Source of the DNA: Wolbachia endosymbiont of Onchocerca ochengi
GTDB taxonomy: Bacteria; Pseudomonadota; Alphaproteobacteria; Rickettsiales; Anaplasmataceae
Reading direction: 5' to 3'
Assembly: GCF_000306885.1 (NCBI RefSeq)
Contig: NC_018267.1
Span: 750,001 to 782,000 of the forward strand
Length of the DNA stretch: 32,000 bases
In this document: positions 19,944 through 29,068 of the stretch, in pieces
How the letters are laid out: each line of letters starts with the position of its first letter
Position numbering within the stretch: position 1 is the stretch's first letter
Made by a program: the position numbers and the translations under genes
Notes under the pieces: generated by a model
Seen by the model: only the letters and a program-made list of their open reading frames with translations
Told to the model about the DNA's origin: nothing
The model's database searches: none

Positions 19944-20601
19944 TTAGCTTAACTTTTTGACGTAGTTAACAAGTTTGTCAATAGTAGTTAACTTAATCTT
20001 ATGTTGTTCAGCAAATTCAAGCAACTGAGGTAGACGCATCATAGAGCCATCATCATTCACTAGCTCACACCCTACAGCTGCATGATTAAGGTCAACTAGC
20101 TTTGCTATCTCAACACTTGCTTCAGTATGACCATTGCATGCTAAAACTCCTCTATTGTTTGCAATAATAGGAAAAACATGACCAGGAGTGATAATGTCAT
20201 CCTTAGTACTCTTTTCATCAATGGCAATAAGTATTGTATGCGTTCTATCATTAGCAGAAACACCTGTTGTAATATCATGACGTGCATCAATTGATGTAGT
20301 AAATGCAGTGTGATAAGTAAGCTTTTTATCTACATTACTTCTTTTCATAAACTCAAGACCTAGTCTATTTATTCATATGAAGCTTTGTCATAGCTAAAAA
20401 TACGATGCCAGTTCCATATCTAATCATAAAGACTACGTGTTTTGGCTTTAGCTTTTCAGCTAAGATAATTAAATCACCTTCATTTTCCCTATTTTCGTTA
20501 TCAACTAAAATAAACAATTTACCAGACTAAGCATCTTCAAATATACCTTCAACAGGAGAAATACAGGATAGGTTAATCGATGCATAAGTGGCCTGTACCA
20601 T
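19944..20601 (-). pseudogene. ribB: 3,4-dihydroxy-2-butanone-4-phosphate synthase, disrupted (2 in-frame TAG stops + 1 frameshift)
   Basis: The track ORF 19944..20348 (…TTGVSANDR…PGHVFPI…GHTEASVEIAKL…CELVNDDGSMMRL…) is only the C-terminal two-thirds of RibB. The missing N-terminus lies immediately upstream: ATG 20601 then MVQATYASINLSCISPVEGIFEDA-TAG(20529..20527)-SGKLFILVDNENRENEGDLIILAEKLKPKHVVFMIRYGTGIVFLAMTKLHMNK-TAG(20367..20365). The frame then changes (…INRLGLEF-MKRSNVD). Total span is 658 nt (3n+1). Confidence 0.8.
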
Positions 20602-20604
20602 AGT

Positions 20605-21099
20605 TTATTTAAATTCAATCTTAACTATTTTATATAATTTCTCTCCACTTGGTACTATTACTTCCACACATTCGCCAATTTTTTTGCCGATTAAAGCACT
20701 ACCCAAAGGTGAACTAGTAGATATTAACTGTTTTGAAACGTCAGCTTCGTACTCACCTACAATTTTATAAATATATTCTACTTCACTACCATCATCATTT
20801 AACATGCTTAATGTTACGGTTGCACCAAACATTACCGAATCGCCAGACAAGCTTTTCACTTCTATTACTTCTGCATGCGAAAGCTTGCTTTCTAGCTCCA
20901 TTATACGACCTTCGATGAAACCTAATCTTTCTCGTGCAATGTGATATTCTGCACTCTCAGATAAATCACCTTGATCACGGGCATCAGAAATGGCCTGTAT
21001 AATGGAAGGTTTCTCTTCTTTTAATTTCTCAAGCTCAGCTTGCATGCATCCAAAACCTTCTTTTGTTATAGGAAACTTCTTAACGACGGATGAAGCCAT
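20605..21099 (-). CDS. greA: transcription elongation factor GreA
   Basis: ORF 20605..21108 with a coiled-coil N-terminus (…LEKLKEEKPSIIQAISDARDQGDLSESAEYHIARE…) and a C-terminal FKBP-like domain (ISTSSPLGSALIGKKIGECVEV). The track start is a GTG abutting the atpA stop. ATG at 21099 (MASSVVKK) gives 164 aa. Confidence 0.9.
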   Translation of the reverse strand: MASSVVKKFPITKEGFGCMQAELEKLKEEKPSIIQAISDARDQGDLSESAEYHIARERLGFIEGRIMELESKLSHAEVIEVKSLSGDSVMFGATVTLSMLNDDGSEVEYIYKIVGEYEADVSKQLISTSSPLGSALIGKKIGECVEVIVPSGEKLYKIVKIEFK

Positions 21100-21108
21100 A
21101 ATCACCAC

Positions 21109-22650
21109 CTACACGCAATTAAATTGAGTAATAAAATTACTCACGATACTTAAAATATCGTTTTTTATACCATTATTCATGTTGTTTGACAACTTTTTTA
21201 AAATTTCAGGGTATGCATTATGGAAATAATTGATAAGATCATATTCAAATTTATTGATGTTGTTTATTTGTATCTTACTTAACTGATCATACAAATTAGA
21301 GAAGATATACATCAGTATTAACTGTTCTTCTATTGGCATAGGTGAGTGCTGTTTTTGCTTTAACAGTTCAATAAGATATCTACCCTTGTTTAAGGACGAT
21401 TGAACACTGGCATCAAGGTCAGAACTAAATTTTGCAAAGTCTTCTAATTCTCTATATTGAGCTAAACTTAACTTTATAGAGCCAGCAACTTTTTTCACAG
21501 ACTTTAATTGTGCGGCAGAACCAATCCGCGAAACTGATAAACCTATATTTACTGCAGGACGAAATCCTTTGTGAAATAATTCAGACTCAAGGAAAATCTG
21601 TCCATCAGTAATTGAAATTACATTAGTTGGGACATACGCAGATACATCACCGGCTTGAGTTTCAATAATTGGCAAAGCAGTTAAAGACCCTTGTCCTTTT
21701 CCATCAGACATCTTAGCAGCTCTCTCAAGCAAACGAGAATGTACATAGAATATATCTCCAGGATAAGCTTCGCGGCCAGGAGGACGTCTTAGCAGTAAGG
21801 ACATTTGCCTATATGCTACAGCATGTTTAGACAAATCATCGTACACGACTAAGCAATGCATTCCATTATTACGAAAAAATTCTCCAATAGTGCAACCAGC
21901 ATAAGGTGCTAAAAATTGCATAGGTGCACATTCAGATGCACTAGCAACAACTACAGTTGTATACTTTAATGCTCCACTTTCTTTTAGCTTATTTACCACT
22001 TTTGCTACTACTGAAATTTTTTGCCCGATAGCAACATAAACACAGTAAACTTTTTGATCTTCATTTACTTCATCATTAATCTTCCTCTGATTTATGATAG
22101 TATCAAGTGCAATAGTAGTTTTTCCGGTTTGCCTATCACCAATAATTAACTCACGCTGTCCTCTGCCTATCGGAATTAATAAATCTATAATCTTAATTCC
22201 AGTCTGTAGAGGTTCATGTACAGATTTGCGGTCAATAATGCCTGGCGCCTTAGATTCTATGTCCATTCTACTCTTGGCTCTAATTTCTCCACCTTTGTCT
22301 ATAGGATAGCCCAGTGCGTTTACAACCCTTCCAAGGGATTCGTGTCCTACAGGTATCTGTACAACGTCACCACTGCATCTTACAATATCTCCTTCTTTTA
22401 CATCACGGTCATTACCAAGCACCACTATTCCAGCTATATCATGGTCTAAATCAAGAACTATTCCTTCTACACCACTTGCAAAAAATACCTTTTCACCGAA
22501 CTTTGCTTCTTCAAGCCCATAAACTAGTGCAATACCATCAGTTACTGAAGTTACTTCACCTATATTTTCTCGTTTTATAGGGTTATCAAATGCCTCAATT
22601 TTTTTCCGTATTATGTTTACTACCTCAGAAGCATTTATACTATTTTTCAT
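21109..22650 (-). CDS. atpA: F0F1 ATP synthase subunit alpha
   Basis: 513-aa ORF with Walker A GDRQTGKT, the conserved [23 protein letters not shown], and [13 protein letters not shown]. Confidence 0.95.
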   Translation of the reverse strand: MKNSINASEVVNIIRKKIEAFDNPIKRENIGEVTSVTDGIALVYGLEEAKFGEKVFFASGVEGIVLDLDHDIAGIVVLGNDRDVKEGDIVRCSGDVVQIPVGHESLGRVVNALGYPIDKGGEIRAKSRMDIESKAPGIIDRKSVHEPLQTGIKIIDLLIPIGRGQRELIIGDRQTGKTTIALDTIINQRKINDEVNEDQKVYCVYVAIGQKISVVAKVVNKLKESGALKYTTVVVASASECAPMQFLAPYAGCTIGEFFRNNGMHCLVVYDDLSKHAVAYRQMSLLLRRPPGREAYPGDIFYVHSRLLERAAKMSDGKGQGSLTALPIIETQAGDVSAYVPTNVISITDGQIFLESELFHKGFRPAVNIGLSVSRIGSAAQLKSVKKVAGSIKLSLAQYRELEDFAKFSSDLDASVQSSLNKGRYLIELLKQKQHSPMPIEEQLILMYIFSNLYDQLSKIQINNINKFEYDLINYFHNAYPEILKKLSNNMNNGIKNDILSIVSNFITQFNCV

Positions 22651-23206
22651 TACAGTTTCCTATTTTTAATATTTCCATTTTGCTCAAACTAACCAGTCTA
22701 TCTAAGTAACTTTTCAGCGAAGCATCGATTAAATTAAAACCGTACTTTACTATAAAACCACCTAGTATGGAAGGGTCAACCACATTATCTACTTTTACTA
22801 TCTTACCAAGAAAGCTTAAAGATTCAGTAATTATTTTTATATCGGTTTTCTTTAAAGCCTTTGCTGATTTTATAGTAACTTCTAATTCATTTTCATTTTC
22901 TCTTATAAGATTCAAAAATTTTTCTAATATAAGGAGTAATAAACTAGAGCGCCTGTTTGCAAATGTCACCATAATAAATTTCACCAAGTTTCTACTCAAA
23001 TCTTCATTTATACAAAATATTACTTCTTTCTTATGTGAGAGAGAGATCATAGGACTGGACAGATACATAAAAACGTCACGTTGATTTTTTAAAAAAGTCA
23101 ATAGAAACTTTACTTCTTTTCTTATAGTACTTGACTTACTTTTTGAGACGTAAAACAGCGCCTTAGCATAAGATAAAATTAAATTATTGTATTGGGTCCT
23201 TTTCAC
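22640..23206 (-). CDS. atpH: F0F1 ATP synthase subunit delta (OSCP)
   Basis: 188-aa ORF with a GTG start, overlapping atpA by 11 nt. OSCP-like features: [11 protein letters not shown]… at the N-terminus and …[29 protein letters not shown] at the C-terminus. Confidence 0.8.
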   Translation of the reverse strand: MKRTQYNNLILSYAKALFYVSKSKSSTIRKEVKFLLTFLKNQRDVFMYLSSPMISLSHKKEVIFCINEDLSRNLVKFIMVTFANRRSSLLLLILEKFLNLIRENENELEVTIKSAKALKKTDIKIITESLSFLGKIVKVDNVVDPSILGGFIVKYGFNLIDASLKSYLDRLVSLSKMEILKIGNCNEK

Positions 23207-24394
23207 ATTAAATTACCTAATATATAGAGTTAAACATCTTTAAGCCTAACCAATAAGGGTCTAGCCTAGAAAGGCTTAGATCTCAGAGAGTATAGCAACT
23301 AAAACTCATAATTATTGACAAAATTCATTACAAAACAGCTGTTAACTGTGAAAGAAAAACGTGTCAGAAAATGAGAACTAGTAGTTAAAGTAATTATAAT
23401 AGATTTCTTAGAGAAAGGAAATACTTTCTATTTATCTTTGCCTTTTATTAGGCAGGAAGTATGTTATCTAAACAGCTGGTATATAGCTGTACAAGCATTT
23501 TGATTTAAATCTATTCTAAGAGAATATTATTCAAGCAACTTAAATAGCGGACACTATGATCTAAAAACATCTTGATGGTTTTACTTTCTCTTTAAATTTA
23601 AGGCTAACTTTTCCATCAATACCTGCTTATCCCTTTTCTCTTTGCTTTAAATTTTTGAATAAAGAACATAGATCAGGAGAGAAGGTTATACAGAAATATA
23701 TATTTAATACTTATGAAAAATACGCTCCTTCTTTGTAAGGGTTATCTTTATGTCCTATCTCCATAATAATTACTTGCGTTCTGATTGATTTACTTTGTAA
23801 ACTATACAAATATAGTTACTTATTTAGCCTTTTGCATTTTTTTACTCTATAATATATAGGAGCGAGTTCACCAAACTTCTCTATCAAAATAAGGCGCGTT
23901 CTTTTATGGCTTTTAAAACTCTTAACTTTATTTTTCTTAGGAGAGTAAGTAAATTCCTTTTGGTAAAATTCCTTTAAAAAATTAATCTTATTCTGCTCTA
24001 ATCCTGCTTAACACAACTTTAAACATCACGCTCATCAGAAATTTTAGATACCAAAAAACTCTTTATTTCAAGCTAACTACTTCTTTGAATAGCTCTTTTC
24101 TACTTGTTCTTGAATTATGCTACTTCATAAAGCTAGATAATTCAGTAGGATACTTTGAAGTTTTTCTATCAAGAACTATATTGATTCCTGAATCTATAAA
24201 AGTTTTACTGACGTTCACTATTATAGCTATAGTATAACATTTCTTAAATTTTTGATAAAGTAGTTCATATGTTGCTAACACTTAATTAAGAAGAATTCTT
24301 GCTTATTTAAAGAAAGAATTTCAATTGTACTCGAATTGACTTAACTTATAATAAATGACAAAAAATTGCATGCTATATAACAATCGCAAAGGAA

Positions 24395-25093
24395 ATGGAT
24401 AAATCACAATTAATTAAGGAGGTATTTGATTCCGTAGCAGGTCACTACGACATCATGAATGATATAATGAGCTTTGGGATACATAGGCTATGGAAGAACA
24501 AGATGATAAATATTACGCATTTTACAAAAGACTCTAAGGTTTTGGACATTGCTGGAGGAACCGGCGATATAGCAATAAGAATAGCAAGGAGAGAACCAAG
24601 CATTCAAGTTACAGTATGCGATATAAATCAAAACATGCTAAGCAGGGGAATTGATAAAGCTATAAATTCAAACCAACTTAATTTCAATTGGGTGTGCGCA
24701 AATGCAGAAAATTTGCCATTTGAAGACTCTACATTTGATTATTGTACAATAGCTTTCGGTATTCGAAACGTTTCTGATCGCAAAAAGGCTTTAAGTGAGG
24801 CGTATAGAGTATTGAAACTAAATGGGAAATTCATCTGCTTAGAGTTTGCTCCTATGCATTACCAAAATGAGGTATTTACTAAATTCTATAACTTATATTC
24901 ATTTAAAGTAATTCCCAAAATCGGCAGCATAGTTGCTAAAGATAAAAACTCTTATAAATATTTAGTAAGAAGCATCAGAGAGTTTCCAACTCAGGCTGAG
25001 TTTCAAATGGAAATTGAAGAGATAGGCTTTCATAATGTTGAATTTCATGATATGAGCTATGGAATAGTAACATTACATATTGGAACAAAATGA
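24395..25093 (+). CDS. ubiE: demethylmenaquinone / 2-methoxy-6-polyprenyl-1,4-benzoquinol methyltransferase
   Basis: 232-aa ORF: [24 protein letters not shown], the SAM motif [16 protein letters not shown] and [10 protein letters not shown] are all UbiE/MenG hallmarks. AAAGGA lies upstream of the ATG. Confidence 0.9.
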   Translation: MDKSQLIKEVFDSVAGHYDIMNDIMSFGIHRLWKNKMINITHFTKDSKVLDIAGGTGDIAIRIARREPSIQVTVCDINQNMLSRGIDKAINSNQLNFNWVCANAENLPFEDSTFDYCTIAFGIRNVSDRKKALSEAYRVLKLNGKFICLEFAPMHYQNEVFTKFYNLYSFKVIPKIGSIVAKDKNSYKYLVRSIREFPTQAEFQMEIEEIGFHNVEFHDMSYGIVTLHIGTK

Positions 25094-26012
25094 ACATCAA
25101 ACCCTAGTATAGAGTACTAAACATTATTTCGTTATTTTAGTAAGTTTCTTCTTCACTCAACAAGTTTTACAATTACACAGCGTCTTTTTTCTTTGTCACA
25201 AGAATTATTTTATATAATATTATATTACTTATGTAATTCTATTGTTGATTACTTTAGTAACATTAGTAACATTCTCTTTTATCAATATAAAAAATATACT
25301 TAATCTTTTATTTATAAGTAAGTTAATATTTTTTATTTTAATGGTGGCTGCAATAATACTTAGCATGGGAAAAAAGGTGCAAACGATCGATTTTCGCATT
25401 ATTACTTTTGCAGCCTAATTTAGTATATCCATGCTTTCAACGTATTCTTTTATTGGTCAAATGTTCATAGTGAATACCGCTTCTGTACTTTCCGTGTATA
25501 GCAGAAATAGTTATGCTGGAATCACGACAGTTACTTGTTCTTTACACATAAACAAAAAATTTGCAATTTTCTTTTTTTTGTGCAGCACGACACTTTTCAA
25601 GTCATGAGATTATTAAAAATATTCAAAGTAGGTTAACTAATTGGAGATGTACTAAATAAAAAAGTAGCACAAAAACCTTTAGTGTTGTTTAGTACCATTA
25701 CCGCTCTTTTGCTTTATGTTTTACGTATATAGAGTAAATTATTTAACTTATTGGCGATTTTTGATATTTCAATTCAATTTATTACACAATTTATAAATAA
25801 ACATAGGAGTGACGTTGAGCATTTCTCACACTATCGGTATAACTCTATCATTGCTTAGTTATGCGGTTCCTCTCCTTTATCTTCTAGTATTGCCATTGAC
25901 ATAATATTGCCTTTTAAATTCAAATTAGAAACTATTAGTTGAGTAACAGTTAGTAACTCAATTGCTTAGGTGATATAAAAATGAGTAGTTAACCAAAAAG
26001 ATCACAGAGACA

Positions 26013-26690
26013 TTAGATTATTCCTTCTTGGAGTTGCTTTACCTCAACTTTAGGGAATCTTTAGTTATTTGAGAAATAGCTTCACTAGGAGTACTAGTTG
26101 AATAGATTTTTTGCACTTCGATTTTTTTCTTTTTTATCTTTATCTCCTTCTTTTTTAGTAGCATCATCAAGTTCTTGAGCAAGAGTAAATTCTATTTTCA
26201 TCATAAATCCGCTTCACTTTGTGTTCGTAGGCAATAAATTCTTTTTTGACTAATTGAGTCTATTTGCTCTTTACATGATCTTTTAATCATTAAACAACTT
26301 CTTAATGATCTTTCCTCCTAATTTTTCTTTACTTGTTTCGTTAGCGTACCCAAGAAAATACATCCACTTCTCAGCTGTATTTGAGAGTTGATTTTTCTTC
26401 GTTTTCAAAAATTTTGGTAATTATAAATACAAAATAAAAATCCTTCTAATCATGTTCATTGATATTCTTTTATCTTGGATAGTATGTCTTGATTTGTACT
26501 CAGATTTATCAGGAAATAGCATGCCTATTCTGTACAAATATTCAACCTTCTTTATATTTGAGTCCTCTATGAAGCACTATAAACTAACTTATCACCATTT
26601 TAGTAAGGTTGTTCTGATCTCGCAAACTATATCTTTTTCCTCTTTTTCCTGAAACTAAAATCCATATACTTAATTTTAGAAACTTTGAAA
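26013..26690 (-). pseudogene. decayed PD-(D/E)XK (PDDEXK_2 / Rpn-like) putative transposase gene, 5' end missing (abuts the msbA-like start)
   Basis: Minus-strand fragments in native order. GKRYSLRDQNNLTKMVIS* (about 26600-26650) resembles the EMQ block. LPKFLKTKKNQLSNTAEKWMYFLGYANETSKEKLGGKIIKKLFND* (26420 downwards) matches ELPKF.K....L....EKW.YFL. KKEFIAYEHKVKRIYDENRI (shifted frame) matches LS.EE..AYE. TLAQELDDATKKEGDKDKKEKNRSAKNLFN*YS**SYFSNN*RFPKVEVKQLQEG (to about 26020) matches the tail IAKNLL…EEIKQL. Confidence 0.6.
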
Positions 26691-26694
26691 TAAA

Positions 26695-28401
26695 ATGCGA
26701 TCCGGTATTAGGCAATTATTTTACTATATAAAACCTAATCTACATTATTTTATTATAGCTTTTATTGCAGTTCTATCTTCCTCTTTAATGATTCTCCTTT
26801 TTGGTAGAGGTTTGAGTAGCATAATTGACTCTAGTGCAGGGCATAATTTTACTATTAAATTAGTAGTGACTATATTTATAGTTTTAGCCATCTCTCTTGC
26901 TGCATTTGTTAAACTGTATTTTATGGGAATTGGTAGTGAGAAAGTTATTGCGAGAATCAGATATGACTTATATAGCAATATTACTGATTTACAACCAAGT
27001 TTTTTTGAGAATACTGGCGTACAAGATGTTATCTCAGCGTTAATTACTGATACCTCTGTGCTACAATCAATAATAAATAGCAGCTTACTCACCATATTGC
27101 GAAATTTTGTAATACTGATTGGCAGTATTACCATGTTATTATATACAAATCTACACTTAACCACGTATACAGCCGCAATAGTACCAATATTATTGATCAT
27201 TATGACATCACTTGGAAAAAAGGTGCGCAGTTATGCACGTTTTGCTCAGAGTAAACTGAGTGAACTTGCATCATTTAGTGAGGAAAATTTCAGATCTATA
27301 GCAACTATTAAATCATTCGTGTTGGAAGGAAATGAGAAAGCACGTTTTAAGGAGTACCTAAACTCAGTATCGAAATCATACGTAAGGTTAGTGCTCTTAC
27401 GTGCTATTTTAGTAACTTTGATTATCTCATGTGTAATAGGTTCGTTAGTTGTTTTGCTCTTTTTTGGTATCAAGGAGGTCTTAAGCAGTAATATGACTAT
27501 TGGAGAGCTTTCCTCATTTGTGTTCTATTCAGCGCTTGCAGCAGGAGCTGTAAATAATTTGAGTGATAATATCAGTGATTTACAACGAGGTCTTGGGGTG
27601 ATAGAGCGTTTACTTGAACTTAAAGATATGAAAAGCTCTATAGTGGATGCTAGCAACCCTATAAAAATTCATAGTGTTCAAAAAGAAATTGCATTTAATG
27701 ATGTAACGTTTTTTTATGAATCTCAGCTTGATAGACCAGCATTAAACAATGTGTCCTTTTCTATAAAGGTAGGTCAATCTGTCTCAATTGTTGGACCATC
27801 TGGTAGTGGTAAAAGTACTATTTTAAAACTTCTGCTTCGCTTTCATGATCCAAACAAAGGCAGCATTACCATTGATGGGCACAACATTAAGTTAATCGCA
27901 TTAAGTAACCTTAGATTGTTATTTGGTTTAGTACCACAAGATCATACGATATTTTCCTGCTCAATAATGGAAAATATACTATACGGTAAACCAGGTGCTA
28001 AGTATGAGGAAGTGAGACAAGCAGCTATCAGTGCTTATGCGATGGAGTTTATTGATAAGTTACCTAATAAATTCGATACATTTGTAGGGAAAAGAGGATT
28101 AAAGCTCTCTGAAGGGCAAAAACAACGTATTATAATAGCAAGAGCTATACTCAAAAATCCTCAGATTTTAATATTGGATGAAGCAACTTCCGCTCTTGAC
28201 TATAAAAGTGAGAACCTTGTGCAAAAAGCACTGAATGAATTAATGCAAAACAGAACAACGATTATGATTACACACAGACTGTCATCTATACTCAAAACCG
28301 ATAAGATCGTAGTAATTAATCATGGAGAAATAGAAGAAGTAGGAACTCACGATTCCCTTATAAATAAGAATGGACTGTATGCAAAATTAGCGAAAATATA
28401 G
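26695..28401 (+). CDS. ABC exporter, fused permease/ATPase (MsbA/ABCB-like)
   Basis: 568-aa ORF with a 6-TM N-terminal domain, Walker A GPSGSGKST, Q-loop VPQD, signature LSEGQKQR, Walker B ILILDEATSALD and an H-loop ITHRL. Confidence 0.88.
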   Translation: MRSGIRQLFYYIKPNLHYFIIAFIAVLSSSLMILLFGRGLSSIIDSSAGHNFTIKLVVTIFIVLAISLAAFVKLYFMGIGSEKVIARIRYDLYSNITDLQPSFFENTGVQDVISALITDTSVLQSIINSSLLTILRNFVILIGSITMLLYTNLHLTTYTAAIVPILLIIMTSLGKKVRSYARFAQSKLSELASFSEENFRSIATIKSFVLEGNEKARFKEYLNSVSKSYVRLVLLRAILVTLIISCVIGSLVVLLFFGIKEVLSSNMTIGELSSFVFYSALAAGAVNNLSDNISDLQRGLGVIERLLELKDMKSSIVDASNPIKIHSVQKEIAFNDVTFFYESQLDRPALNNVSFSIKVGQSVSIVGPSGSGKSTILKLLLRFHDPNKGSITIDGHNIKLIALSNLRLLFGLVPQDHTIFSCSIMENILYGKPGAKYEEVRQAAISAYAMEFIDKLPNKFDTFVGKRGLKLSEGQKQRIIIARAILKNPQILILDEATSALDYKSENLVQKALNELMQNRTTIMITHRLSSILKTDKIVVINHGEIEEVGTHDSLINKNGLYAKLAKI

Positions 28402-28471
28402 CGGATATAGTTTACTGAAATATAATATAAATTTAAAAAATTTAAATCATACTGTTACAAGTCAGATTGAC

Positions 28472-28487
28472 ACCCTAAATTTAGGGT
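28472..28487. repeat. perfect 16-bp palindrome ACCCTAAATTTAGGGT, 70 nt after the msbA-like stop (possible terminator hairpin or protein-binding site)
   Basis: Read directly from the sequence. As RNA it gives a 6-bp stem (ACCCTA/TAGGGT) with an AATT loop. It is followed by TAAATTATTTAATTCTT, which is only moderately T-rich. Confidence 0.3.
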
Positions 28488-28741
28488 TAAATTATTTAAT
28501 TCTTAAATATTTTAACTTACAATAAACCAACATTCCTTTTTAAGGATTACTATGATTTACGCTCATGTTTTTTACCATGCCAACAATATGTAATTGCCTA
28601 TTATCAGCACTAATTTTATCAATGTACACTTTTTATATGTCTACATATATACCTTATGTTGTTAATTTGTATTATAGTCACTTTAACTCATGTTATTACC
28701 TGCTTAACGTAAATCAAAATCATCGTAATGCACTAGCTCTA

Positions 28742-29068
28742 TTTATTAGAAAATTATTTAAAATAATTTATATATGTACATAGTATTGCTTTAAGCGTAG
28801 CCTTATGTCTTTCTGAGAGCATATGGGCATTATTTAAACAATACTACGCACTTTACACTTTGCTTAATAAAGAAAGTTCATAAGCAAATAGCTTACTACT
28901 TATTACCTACATAGCAGTTTTATACTATCAATAACACAACTAATTTAACTATATCTATAGCTCTCTTTTGAAATTTTATCATCTTTTGATCGTAGTAAAA
29001 CCTCTGAACTCTAATAATTTTGTGTAATAGCTGCTTACCCATACACAGCATAATAAATCTGCCAGCCA
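28742..29068 (-). pseudogene. decayed core of a PD-(D/E)XK (PDDEXK_2 / Rpn-like) gene copy
   Basis: Minus-strand fragments in native order. WLADLLCCVWVSSYYTKLLEFRGFTTIKR (29068-28982) resembles R.lYYWSKLYt.QL.eGe.Yt.LK. QKRAIDIVKLVVLLIV (28970-28923) resembles k.vIsI.iLdF.lf. HMLSERHKATLKAILCTYINYFK*FSNK (28825-28742) resembles H..F.L.E....L.d.l.I.FIELpKF.K. Confidence 0.4.

Noticed and set aside
25254-25271. Tandem duplication TAGTAACAT x2, and a general search for tandem repeats or CRISPR-like arrays in all spacers.
   Set aside because: There are only two 9-bp units and no spacer-repeat periodicity anywhere. No longer tandem repeat could be found by eye, so nothing qualifies as a CRISPR array or a substantial tandem repeat locus.
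25217-25760. Possible relic of a second ABC-exporter transmembrane domain on the plus strand of the ubiE-msbA spacer. An open 65-codon stretch ends …LIFFILMVAAIILSMGKKVQTIDFR (compare msbA-like …VPILLIIMTSLGKKVRSYARF, sharing the 13-mer GGAAAAAAGGTGC). Later come MRLLKIFKVG and LIGDF*YFNSIYY (compare IKSF and TIGELSSFVFY).
   Set aside because: Motif order is right but spacing is off (240 nt vs 93 nt expected, then 135 vs 189). The shared 13-mer is A-rich. The expected N-terminal part would overlap ubiE, and the nucleotide-binding domain would collide with the minus-strand relic at 26.0-26.7 kb. It is worth a blastx but is not supportable by eye.
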